Source of the DNA: Lama glama
Lineage: Eukaryota
NCBI GenBank assembly: GCA_028534125.1
Contig: CM052816.1
Location: forward strand, 47,928,001 to 47,992,000
DNA length: 64,000 nucleotides
Reading direction: 5' to 3'
Part shown: positions 37,898 through 50,070 of the stretch, one piece after another
How the letters are laid out: each line of letters begins with the position of its first letter
Position numbering within the stretch: position 1 is the first letter of the stretch
The notes under the pieces: model-generated
Told to the model about the DNA's origin: nothing
What the model saw: the letters and a program-made list of their open reading frames with translations, nothing else
Database searches by the model: none
Made by a program: the position numbers and the translations under genes

Positions 37898-40105
37898 CAA
37901 CATTTATCTTCTTAAGGTTGCATAAGTATCCAGAAAGGTTTCATCTGCCTTGAAAGTAAAGGATTCTGGATTTTTCATTATATCATGGTCACAGCTAAGG
38001 AATACATTATCCAATCCCATGTGATCTATTAGAAAATGGGCTTTTCTTGCTATTTCCATTCTTAGCTTGGGCACAGTTCATTTGGAGATAGTGTGGGATC
38101 ATTGTGAGGCTAAAAGCTCTGGCCAATTATCTAGCCTCCATGATTGCAACTTGCAGCCACCCCTTCAGTAGTCCTGTTCCCTCCTTAGATTACTACACAG
38201 GAACATAATTTCCACCATCACGGACATACACCTTCTGCCATAGTTGTAAGGAATATTTTATTGTTATAGTTCTGTCCACTGCTGTCTACCCACTTTGTAC
38301 CTCCCACCACATGGGGTTTCTCTCCCATCCCACTCTGGAATTAAATGGTTTAGTCCTTTAAATGGATTTCAGTTTTCAGAAACAAGAGGTGAAAAGAAGG
38401 GGTTGTAGTTTAAGAACACCTGTTTTTACCCTTGCAACATAAATACCCCAGAAGCAAGACAACAAAAGCCAGGCTAAATCCTTGCTAAAAGGAGGAAATA
38501 CAGTGGGATCAAAATGCAGGTTAGGGGCTTAACAAATCATCTTCAATAATATTTCAAGGTAACATCTTTAATTTGGTGATTAAATTAAAATAAAAGCAGA
38601 ATCAAATACAGTATCTGACAGAGGAGGCTTTCAATAAATGACAGTTTCTATTATTACTGTCAAATCATGTCTAATTGGCGATGTTTCCATGTTTCAAACA
38701 ATTACTCAATCTGTTATTTGAAGGGTGATATAGTCAAAGTGTCTCTGCTCAATGGGATGGGGGAAATAAGCACTGTTTTTAGGACACAGAACATGGAATT
38801 TTACATATAGTTCTGCTCCCTCATTTTACAGATGAGGGTTCATAATACATGTAGACTTTTAACAGTCGGAAATTTTACATTGTTCCCGTTGATAAGTATC
38901 ACTAGTATCACTAACTAATTCTATTCCTGTTTCTTCATTTGTTTTATAGTTTTAATGTTATCAAAAATAAACCATTGTGTATGTATGCATTTATCACCTA
39001 CAGAACTCTCATCAGAAATTATTCCTAATTACCTATAAATTGAAAATTCTTGTAGGCCACCTTCAGTTTTACTTAAATAACTGGAAATCACTTGGCCAGC
39101 AAAAATACGAAGCCTTGTATTTCCCTTTAGAGTTTTGTTTTTTTTTTCTTTTACAGTTTTGGGCAATGCACCATAGCAGCATTTAGGGTGAATATATGAC
39201 AGGTAAAAATCTTTCTTTAGTAAAGTACAAACTGGGCAATTGAGAAAGGAGAGATAGGGAAGGATTTGGGGAGTAACAGTACCTGAAAAGTTCATTCTCA
39301 GGTAGATCAGTTTTAGGCAAGACTTTACTCGGCCTCAGACAAATGACTCATATGTCTGTGATTCCTTTCAAAGGATCCCAGTTTAAAGACACCAGTACAA
39401 TACCAATGGACTCCTTAGGGCCTTACGTCATCTTGTTTGGTCTGAGCAGGCACCCCTAGAGTTCTTACGGATTAACTTGAGAAAACTGTTTCGTAATATA
39501 CATTCCTGCCAATCACTTAGGAAGGCTTAACTAAATTATTATTGGAAGGATTTCATTCTGTTTTTCAAATTTATTATACTTACTAACTCTATAGAGAAAT
39601 ATGAAATCAAGATTGATTGCAATTTATTATCAAACTAAAGGGTGACAACGCAATTCCAGTCTTAATAGTCTGAGGAATAAGGGCCAAGAATCTGTAAATC
39701 CCAAATCCTGACCATAGCTTTCAACCCTGCACTTCATATCCACTTTTGACACTTGCTGAAAATGTCACTCACTCACTATATAAAATCGGAACCAATAAAT
39801 AGTGAAGAAAGTTTTATTTCACTCCTTTTAAAAATATTTTCCATTTACTTTTTCTTTTTCTAGTTTGGGAGTCATTGTTGTTACTGATATTAAAAATAGA
39901 GACTTAAAGGGAAAAAAACTGATTTTTTTTTCCTTTTTATAAATTTACTATCTGCTTTATCCAGGCTAAAGCCTTCTTTTATTTTATTTCATGCTATTAA
40001 TATAGAATCTCACTATAAACCAAATTTCAACATAGAATTGTGAAATGTAGAATTGGTAGAGCAAGTTATGTAAAAGGAAATGTGCTACTGCTTTACTTGA
40101 AAAAT

Positions 40106-40446
40106 GCCATTTGTGGCGACATGGATGATCCTGGAGAATGTCATTCTAANNNNNNNNNNNNNNNNNNNNNNNNNNNNNNNNNNNNNNNNNNNNNNNNNNN
40201 NNNNNNNNNNNNNNNNNNNNNNNNNNNNNNNNNNNNNNNNNNNNNNNNNATTGTAGAATAGATAAACAAGATTACACTGTATAGCACAGGGAAATATACA
40301 CAAAATGTTATGATAAATCACAGAGAAAAAAATGTGACAATGAGTGTGTATATGTCCATGAATGACTGAAAAATTGTGCTGAACACTGGAATTTGACACA
40401 ACACTGTAAAATGATTATGAATCAATAAAAAATGTAAAAAAAAAGA
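40106..40446 (+). mobile_element. Young camelid-type L1 3' end (5'-truncated), contains the assembly gap
   Basis: gccatttgtggcgacatggatg..ctgtatagcacagggaaatat..gactgaaaaattgtgctgaacactggaa..aataaaaaatgtaaaaaaaaa; possible 7-bp TSD gaaaaat at 40099-40105 and 40447-40453. Confidence 0.85.
40150..40249. other. Assembly gap (100 N)
   Basis: Run of n characters. Confidence 1.
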
Positions 40447-42699
40447 GAAAAATAAAACCCTATAATCTATGAATGAGAATATCTTAAATATATTATGGTA
40501 TATATACCACAAAAGATTAAGTAACTGTCTTAGCACTGATGTAGGAGTAAAGACGTTAATTTGCAAAGATGTTTGTAAATATAAAAAACAAGTTTCAGTA
40601 CAGTAGGTATGGAATGATCCCATTTATGTTATAAAAATGTTTATACGTATACATTTATTTTTAAAGCATAGATGATGAATTCTGGAAGGATAAATTAGAA
40701 ATTATGAACAACTATTATTTCCTGAGAGTGGAATTGGTGATCCTATTGGGATGGTGTCTTTGTTTTCCCACCTTCCATCTTACATTATGGTTGAAATTTT
40801 GGAATCAGTATATATTTACTGTATACAAAATTTAGTTTTGGAATTTCTCTATCCTCTCATGTTTCCAATCAGGTATTAATATATGGTTTATAAATAAATC
40901 CTGCAAGATAGCCTTATTTTTAATCAATCAGGAAGTGTTTATCACAATACATTTCAATACTAATTTTTTAAAGAATTTCTTTCAAGAAGATATCCATGAC
41001 ATAATAAAATAAATGAGGAAATTAGAATAAGAAGAAATCAAGAAGAAAATAAATTAAAGCTAACAGTACACACAAAAAATTTTTAATCAGTTTGCTCCAG
41101 TTTTTAGAGATGAGCTGTTGATAAGCTCTTTGATTTCTTGTGCCTAAAGAAAATGGGGTAAAAATGATCAGTTTTAAGAACCATGTAGTATTTTCCTCAT
41201 GATAAGTCCTATGAGCAATTTCCTATTACTCCTATATGCCAGGAAATATCTAAGTAAGATAGGACACATCAAATTGATTTGATTCCAAATTAATGAGGTA
41301 TTTCTTTAGAGTATATCAATTATAGAAAAAAATTAATAGCCATTTTTTAAATTTAAAAATCATTTTGCTTCCTGACATATTTGATTACATAGAACGAGGT
41401 ATGGATAGTTGGAGACTTGTTAATTCTAAACTAAAGCCGAAGAAGCTACTTTAAAAAGAACAGATGTAGAGCCCTGAGATACAGCAAATGAGGAAATCTA
41501 TGTTGCCCTGGTAAAATGCTACAATACAGTATGAACTTTGATTTTATTCAGAAATTTAGGCCTCCCATGACTCAAGCTGCTAGCATTTTCTTCTAAAAAT
41601 TTCAGAGCCAGCTTTTCTTTTCATCATCTGATCATGATGAGAAGCAAAGACAAATCATATTAAGTAAGTACAAATTCATATTTTAAAAAGGTGAGATGTG
41701 TAGTGGCATATCAATATGTTCTGGTTTATAATTTATACCTTCCTTTTTTTGAATTTAATGTGTTAACAAAAACATACAAAATCAGCCATTTTCTCCCACT
41801 CATTTCAACTCCACACCATCTATTACTGTCTGTAGTTCCTTATTGTTAGTTGCTATTTATGTAATTTTCTCCACCTCAACTCCTACTCTGTAATACATTT
41901 TTTTTCCAGAGCTTTTGGAAAGGACCTTAAGAAAAATGGGAGATTGCTTCAGAGCTCTCACATTATTTTTCTTTTGCCAAATACTGGATGTGGAAAGAAT
42001 CACTCAAGTGCATTAGTGTATTATACTACAAATAGAGGTGGAGTCTGTTAAAGTTCACAACAGGCTCCAGGCACCTCCATGTTTTCGGCCTCCTGTGAAG
42101 AAAAAAAAAAAGAGGAAAAGGAGGAGAAAAAGAGAGATGAGGAGGAGGCAGAGAAATATAAAAATGGCACAAAAAAAACTTTAGCATATTTTAAATATTT
42201 TCATTTATCAAATTAATATTTTAAATTTAAAAATGCAATGTATGTATTAAAACTTCATTTGGAGATAACATAGAAAATATAAACTAGAAGCTCTTTGGGA
42301 ATATGAAATGTATGTCTAATACCCTCCTGCCCTTTGAGTTCCACTTTTATCCTTTCCCACATTTCCCATCTCCTTCCTTACTTTCATTCCTACTCTGGCC
42401 TGCCTGCTTGCTTGCTTGCTTTTTTTTTTTTCTGGAATTCTTTTCCCATTAATGCTGTTTAATTGATGAAAGTATATTCAAGGAAATCAACAACAGCAGG
42501 GAAATTTTTGGATGTAGGTCATATTTTATATAATGCAGTAATTATAAGGCTAATATATGTTCATTATAGAACTTTAAGAAAATGCAGAAAATTATAAAAC
42601 AAGTCATAACCTTGGAGAAAATAATTTTAAAGCATCATTTAAAATCCTTCTAGGATTTTTTCCCAAATAAATTACATATGTATATTTATTTTTATTTTT

Positions 42700-43695
42700 T
42701 TCATTTTTAAGAAAATTTAGCCCAACTTTATTGAGGTATAATAGACAAATAAAAATTGTATGTGTTTACAGTATACACTGTAATGTTTTGATATACAATT
42801 ACATTGTGAAATGATTACCATAAAGTTAGTTAACAGATTCATCACCTCACATAGTTAATTTTTGTGTGTGTAGTAAGAACATTAAACATTTACTCTCTTA
42901 GTAAGGAAGGAGATGGGAAATGTGGGAAAGGAAAATATTTAAAGAATATAATACAATATTATTAACTATAATCACCATGTTGTATTTTAGATGTCCAGAA
43001 CTTATTCATCCTGCATAGCTGAAAACTTATACCCTTTGACCAACATCTTCCCATCCCTATCCTCCCCACCACATCCCTATCAGCCCTTGGCAACCACCAT
43101 TTTACTCTCTGCTTCTGGGGGTTGACTTTTTTAGATTCTACAAATAAGTGAGATCCTGTAGTATTCGTCTTGCTATGTCTGGCTTATTTCACTTAGCATA
43201 ATGTACTACAGCTTCATCTGTGTTGTTGCAAATGACAAGATCTCCTTCTTAAAGCTTAAATGTTCATCTATACTATACCTATATTTGTGTCTATAATATA
43301 TCACATTTTCATTATCTTCAATGGATAGTTATGTTGATTCTATATCTTGGCTGATGTGAATAATGCTGCAATAAAATGGCATACTGGTTATTTCTTTGAG
43401 ATACTGATTTCATTTCCTTTGGATGTATACCCAGAAGTGGGATTTAGGGATCACATGGTAGTTCTATTTTTTTATTTTTTGAGGACTCTCCATAGAGTTT
43501 TCCATTGGAGCTGCACCATTTTCTATTCCCACCAAAAGTGTACAAGGATTCCACTTTTTCCATATTCTTGTCAATAATTTTTCTTTTAAATTTTGATAAT
43601 AATCTTTCTAACAGGTATGAGGTGTGATCTCATTGTGGTTTTGACTTGCATTTCTTTGATGACTAATAATGTTGAGCTTTTTTAATGTACCTGTT
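42700..43695 (-). mobile_element. L1 (L1MA-type) 3' end; non-inverted part of a 5'-inverted insertion
   Basis: ctttattgaggtataat..catcacctcacatagtta..tctggcttatttcacttagcataatg..ctcattgtggttttgacttgcatttc. Confidence 0.9.
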
Positions 43696-43697
43696 AT

Positions 43698-45573
43698 AGG
43701 TCTGAATCATGAAGAAATACAATGATATTGAATCACTGATCCAAAGACCCCCAACAAAGAAAAGCCCAGGACCTGGCAGCTTTATAGATAACTTCTACCA
43801 AATATTTAAAGAAGAATTAACACCAATCCTTCTCAAACTCTTCCAAAACAATTAAAGAGGAAAAAACACTTCAAAACTCATTTAACAAGGCCAGAATTAC
43901 CCTGCTACCAAAATGAGACAAAGATACTACAACAAAAGAAAACTACAGACCAATACCCTTAATGAAATTAGATGCAAAAGCCATCAACAAAATATTAGCA
44001 AACTGAATTCAATACATTAAGAGGATCATATACCATAATCAAGTGGGATTTATCTTTTGGATGAAAGGATGGTTTAACACTGACAAATCAATCAATCTGA
44101 TACAGAACATTAACAGAATGAGGGATAAAAATCATGATCATCTCAATAGGTACAAAAAAGCATTTGACAAAATTCAACATCCTTTCACGAATAAAACTCT
44201 CAACAATGTGGATATAGAGGGAACATACTTCACCATAAGAAAGACCATATATGACAAGCTCATAGCTAACATGATACTCAGTGATGAAAAGCTGAAAGCT
44301 TTTCAAGACAAGAAAAGGATGCCCATTCTTGCCACTTCTACTGAAAATACAAATGGAAGTCCTAGCCAAAGCAATAAGAAGAAAAATAAATAAGAGGCAT
44401 CTAAATCAGAAAAAAAAGAAGTAAAATTATCTGTTTGCAGATGACATGATCTTAAATGCAGAAAACCCAAAGGACTCCACCAAAAAAACTGTTAGAACTA
44501 ATAAATAAATTTGGTAAAGTCACAGGATACAAATACAACATTAAAAAATTAGTAATGTTTTTATACTTTAATAATGAACTATCTGAAAAAGAAATTAAGC
44601 AAATAATCTCATTTACAAGAGCTACAAGAAAAAATAAAATACTTAGGAATAAATTTAATCAAAAAGGTGAAAGATCTATACACTGAAAACTATAAAAACA
44701 ATGATAAAAGAATTGAAGAAGACACAAATAAATGGAAAGATCTCCTGTGTTCATGGATTGGAAGAATAGTGTTAAAATCTCCATATTACCCAAAGCAATC
44801 CATAGATTCAATGCAATCCTTATCAAAATTCTAATGGAAATTTGACAACCCTAAAATTCATATGGAACCACAAAGGCTCTGACTAGCCAAAGCAATCTTG
44901 AGCAAAAAGAACAAAGCTGGACACATCAAGCTATTTGATTTCAAAATATACTACAAAGCTATAGTAATCAAAACGGTATGGTACTGGCATTAAAAACACA
45001 GATTCATGGAACAGAACAGAGAACCTAGAAATAAATCCAAATATTTAGGTCAATTCATCTTCAACAAACATGCAAAGAAGATGCAATGGGGAAAGGATAG
45101 TCTCTTTAATAAATAATGTTAAGAAAATTGGATAGCAACATGCAGAAAAATAAAATTGGATCCGTGTTTCACACTTTTTCCATATTTCCTGTATACTGTA
45201 TACAAAAATCAACTCAAAATGTGTGAAGACATATGTAAGACCCAAAACTGCAAAACTACTAGAAGGAAACAGCATAAAATTCCTTGACACTCATCCAAGC
45301 AATGAATTTTTGGATATAACCCCAAAGGCACAGGCAATAAAAGCAAAAATATAGAAAAAGGAATATATCAAAGTAAAACTCTTCTGTACAACAAAGGAAA
45401 CAATCAAGAGAGTGAAGAAACAACCTACAGGATGGGAGAAAATATTTGCAACCATTTATCTGATGAAGTGTTAATATTCAAATACATAAGAAACTCAACT
45501 CAATAGCAAGAAAACGACCTGATTAAAAATGGGCAAAGAACCTGAAGAGATGTGTCTTAATATCTACAAACGG
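43698..45573 (+). mobile_element. L1 ORF2 segment (RT to C-terminal region), decayed; inverted part of the same insertion
   Basis: ORF track 44043-44393 [21 protein letters not shown] matches the L1 RT; LFADDMI at 44431-44451; many stops and frameshifts. Confidence 0.95.
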
Positions 45574-47189
45574 TCTGCCTTCTATATGCAGGAATTCCAC
45601 TGAGTCTTTTCAAAAGATAGCTCATCAGTTCTGGTTCTCCCTATGGTTCTTATAATGGAAGTGCCATGGAGCCTCTCAAAGGAAATGTGTTTCTCTCGAC
45701 ACCTCATGGAGCAAATGCATTCCTCTCTACATTTGTCCAGAACATTATAAGGACACATGAACTCAGTGTCCAATCAGGGAATTAGGGAAGAGAGGAGGCT
45801 AGAGAGGATTCTACAGATGTCTGTGTGAATCTCTGTCATGTATGCATTGTGGTAGGAACATACCTTAACACTTCAGACTATTCTTTGAGTTGTTGAAAAT
45901 CCACAGAAAATAGATTAGTATCTAGAATTTAATAGTGCACCAATAAAATGCCAATAGCACGTTTAGATATATGAGAAGTTGTTTCTAAAGTTCATCTGGA
46001 AAACAATCCTGCAAGGATACAAAGCATATTTTGGAAAAGGAATGAGCACACACGAGAGAGAGACAGGAGAAAGAGAAAGAGAGGAGAGGAAAAAGAGGAA
46101 ATTTGACTTACCAAATACTACGATTTATAATTAAGTTAAAATAGTTAAAATAGTATGCTACTGAACAAAAAATAACAGTTAAATTAATGGAACAGCTTAT
46201 TTTAGTCTAGCAATAAAGCCAAAAACATAAGAAAATATGATCATGGTATAAGAGGCATTTCATATCATGGGAAAATAGATTATACAACAAATAGTGTTAG
46301 GACCACAAGAAATACCTCTATGGGAAAAGTTTTTATGGCTACTTCCCTAATTTCTTTATACAAAAAGCAAAATAAATTCCAGATGAAGCATATAAGTAAA
46401 GAACATAAAACTATAAAAGCAGTAAAGAAAACATGACATAATTTGGAAAGTAAATTTGGCATTGGGAAGTGCTTTCAAATTTACCACAAAAACTACAACT
46501 CATAAAATTTTAATATGGCAATAAAATAAAATTTAAAAAGAAATCTGGCAAAAGACAACAACATCAAAAGACAGCAACAACCACAGTTAAAAAAAGAAAA
46601 GAATGAAGGACAAAATCTTGGAAAAAATATAACACATTTAACGTTTAGTAAAGAAGAAGTTCCTACAAATCAGCAAGACCAAAGACAATAGAAAAAGAGG
46701 CAGAAACATGACAGTTCAAATAAAGGAAATAAGGTTTTAAAGTATGTTAAGAGATGTTTAATCTCACTTGTTTTGGGAGGAAGGCAAATTAAAGCTACAT
46801 TAAAATTCTAATGTTCACTTCTCTAATCATCAAAGATCAAAAAGTTCAATAACATAAGGAAATAGGAAATCTTAGCTGTTATTGGTGTGTGAGTTGGTAT
46901 AAATACTTGGGAAGGGAAATTCTACAACATATATCAAAATTGAAAACATCTGTTCCTTTTCCCAGAAATTTCACTTCTAGGAATATATCTAGTATATTCT
47001 TGCACTTGTGTGAAGTGATACTGTCCCAAATACTTAGTGTTTATATAAGAGGTTCATAACAATTTAAGTGGCTATGAATGAAGAGTCAATTATATAAATT
47101 ATGCTATATCCACACAACGAAACACATGCACCTATTAACAAGGGAAATTTATATCTAACTCACACAGAAGGCAAATATGGCTATCATAT

Positions 47190-47196
<7 letters not shown>

Positions 47197-47220
<24 letters not shown>
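47197..47220. repeat. (GA)12 microsatellite
   Basis: Directly visible. Confidence 0.95.
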
Positions 47221-47287
47221 TACTCTTTTGCACCTTTCTTCCTTTCAATAATATACAACTACTTGGGTAAAGAGAAAAGAAGAAAAG

Positions 47288-47315
<28 letters not shown>
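47288..47315. repeat. (AC)14 microsatellite
   Basis: Directly visible. Confidence 0.95.
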
Positions 47316-47321
<6 letters not shown>

Positions 47322-48466
47322 ATGTGGAGACTATCTCTGAAACTGGCAACAGTGGTAGTGTTTAGAAAAGGAACAGGTGGCTGGGGGCAAGAATGAAAGG
47401 GGAGCCTATTTTCCCTCTCTATATCCTTCTGCATATTTTGCATTTGCTATCATGGGAATGTTCTAATTTTCAGAAACTTTTCATTAATTAATGTTTAAAA
47501 GAAAAAAAAAGAAGTCTAAGGAGCTGAATTTGTGTCTAACTGGCAAGTATCAGATATGAATATGGAGACAAGTACAGAGGCTTTGTGCAAAATTAATTTT
47601 ACGTTTGGAACTCATTTTTCCTTTGAGAAACCGTGATTGAATAAGAGTCCAGACAGGTACTTACTCGTTTTTGAAACAAGACTTTTTCTCTATGATTTTC
47701 TTGTATCGCTTTCACAGCTCCTGTTTGTTTAGCTGCCTTTACAGAGGGCAGGTAGAATGCCCAGGGGACGTTCTAATGCTCCCCAGCTGAAACTGGCTCT
47801 GTTTGGGCAAGTTATTCTGCACGGGAGATTTGAAAGCCTGCAGCAGTTTTCAAGGCTAATTCCAAAGGTGAACCTGTGTCTTTGTTATTGAGAAGCACAT
47901 GTAAAACCCCAGGGGTCAACACATTTGACTGCCTTTAAGCCAAGCAACTACCACAACCAACTAAATGATTCAAATGCATCTTCATCAGTGGAGCCTCCTT
48001 CCTTAGACTGTGGCATTGCCTTCCCTATTTAAATGTGGGGTTCCCAGGGCTCTGATTTTCCTACTGTCACATAAAAGCCTGCAACTTGAATTGCAAGAAA
48101 TGAGAGGATGAAATTGAGCACATGCAAATATGCTACAGGGCCTGATTTGACTTAAGTCCTTTCTTGTTTTCTAGAGGTTTAATGCCTTTGAGCATCTGTG
48201 AAAGCTGGTTCTTTCTGTCAATACCATAGCCCAATTTGCTCTATTAGGAGGGTCTAATATTGAGAGGGTCTAAAATATAAACTGAATAACAGCAGGTCCC
48301 AATTCTCCCATCAACCTACCAGGCATCTAAATTTAAAATCCTGGAAAATGTAGAGAAGTGGGGCATTCATACAACGGTCCCTTCAACCCAGTAAGGATAC
48401 TGCTTTGTATTTCACAGTTTGGTACATCCACATAGCATCCTTGGGCCAAACACACATACATATGTT

Positions 48467-48490
48467 ACACACACACACACACACACACAC
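48467..48490. repeat. (AC)12 microsatellite
   Basis: Directly visible. Confidence 0.95.
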
Positions 48491-48761
48491 ATACAAAGTG
48501 GTTGCAACATGTTCAGCTATGTCTATTACTCCCTCCCTCATTTGCCTCTAGGAAAAGAAAAGATATGCCTCTTGACAGATTTTCTTTCCCCTTGAAGAAT
48601 CAGAACCAGGCCTTGAGAACAGCTTAAAGTAAGCCTGTTGGCTTTCAGACCCTTTCATGTCTATTTTTGGATCCCAAGCAATGTAACTTTCTTCTGCCTG
48701 ATCTTCAGACTCATGCACTGAATTTTCCCCAACTCTCTTCCTCTTCCTTTCTTTGTGGTTC

Positions 48762-49259
48762 CGAAGGCTAGTAGTGTGTGCCCTCTCAAAATATGCCACT
48801 TCGACATCAGAATTATTTTGAGCTAAAGGCACTTGAAAAACAGCAGGAATAAGAAGAGTGCTCTGACCTCCCCTTCTCGTCCTAAAAGCAGGAGAAAAAA
48901 CTCCCATGTGAAAGATGTCCTCCATATACCTGAAGGAAAGAAACATTCTTATCCAGAGGCAGGGACTCCAGGCTGAAGAGAATTCTGTATTAACTTTGTT
49001 AAAATAATTCGTAAATTCCTTTAGCCTCTCCCATATTTTACTTTTCAACAATTGCCTTTGTCCAACCTACTATAAAAGCATTTAGGTTCTGCCACTTCTT
49101 TAGTTCTTCATTTTCTCATGCGGGCTCCCATATCACATAAAACTTATGTTAAATAAAATCTGTATGTTTTTATCCTGTTAATCTGTCTTATGTCAATTTA
49201 ATTCTCAGGCCCAGCTGGAGACCCTGAGAGGGCAGAGGTAAAGTTTTGCCTTCTCTATT
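48762..49259 (+). mobile_element. ERV1 solo LTR, MER34-like
   Basis: caaaatatgccactt..ttattttgagctaaaggcacttgaaaaacagcagg; TATAAAA near 49071; AATAAA near 49152; ends ctgttaatctgtcttatgtcaatttaattctcaggccc..gtaaagttttgcc. Confidence 0.85.
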
Positions 49260-49454
49260 GATTTTTCCCCTCTCCCATCAAAACGTAATACTCTTACTAC
49301 CTATTTCTTCAGTGTCAGATGTTTGTGAAAATACCATGTACCCTAATGCACAGCTAAAATTCTAATATATGTGCAAATGTTATACCTTCTTATACAACAT
49401 ATTTGCATTTAAATAGAGTTGTCTGGAGATTTAATGATTTAACCCAAAGGGATT

Positions 49455-49690
49455 AAAATGTCTCACATTTGTATAGCACTTTGTAGATTATTTCAAGGAG
49501 CTTTTCACAAACGAGATTTCTTATGAACCTCTAAGTCACCCTGAGGCAGAGAGAGTAACCATTTTAATTTACATTGCACACTGTTGATAACTTGAGAAGT
49601 TTAGAAGCTGCCTCAGAGTCACACAGTAAACAGCGAGATATCGACTGAGGTCTGATGACTCCTGGTTCAGCATTCTTACTTCTACATCTG
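49455..49690 (-). mobile_element. MIR SINE
   Basis: cacatttgtatagcactttg..agcttttcaca..gcctcagagtcacacagta..ggtctgatgactcc. Confidence 0.65.
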
Positions 49691-49934
49691 ACACCTCTAG
49701 AAGCAGATGAAATCTGTGTATTTGTGTGTCAGAGTCACCGATCACAACATGTAAATGCCCAGTGGCTCCATCTGTTCATAGAGCCAGAAAAATTCAAGGG
49801 ATGAAAATGCAGATGACATTCTGGACCTCTCACTTATAAGGATACACAGGGTGGAGAGCTGTTCTAGGATTTTTGTCAAACAACAAATGAAACCACTTGA
49901 CTGACAAACTGGCCCTTTAATTTTCTTTCAAGTT

Positions 49935-50070
49935 TCACAAATAAACTATACCAGAATTACCTGGGGTTGGAGTTGGACCATCTGTTAAAAATGCATATTT
50001 CTGGGCCATTACTCCTATTTACTGAACAATAAACAGAATCTCTGATGCACAAGACATTTTGAGAAACTAT
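49935..50070. mobile_element. MER5-like MITE
   Basis: cagaattacctgggg..tgttaaaaatgcatatttctgggcc..tttgagaaact. Confidence 0.6.

Larger units (their letters stand above)
39990..40830 (+). mobile_element. Old L1ME-type 3' UTR, interrupted by a younger L1
   Basis: aaacaagtttcagtacagtaggtatggaatgatcccatttatg..tctggaaggata..cctgagagtggaattgg. Confidence 0.55.
45920..47510 (+). mobile_element. Ancient L1ME-type ORF2 end plus 3' UTR
   Basis: ttctaaagttcatctggaaaac..aaaataaattccagatg..ccagaaatttcacttctaggaatatatc.., ending in an A-rich tail. Confidence 0.7.

Noticed and set aside
44043..44686. L1 ORF2-like ORFs as an active reverse transcriptase or novel RT system
   Set aside because: Fragmented by stops and frameshifts, lacks the endonuclease domain and ORF1; an ordinary dead L1.
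48548..49051. Longest ORF (167 aa, minus strand)
   Set aside because: Mostly antisense to the MER34-like LTR, non-ATG start, no recognisable domain.
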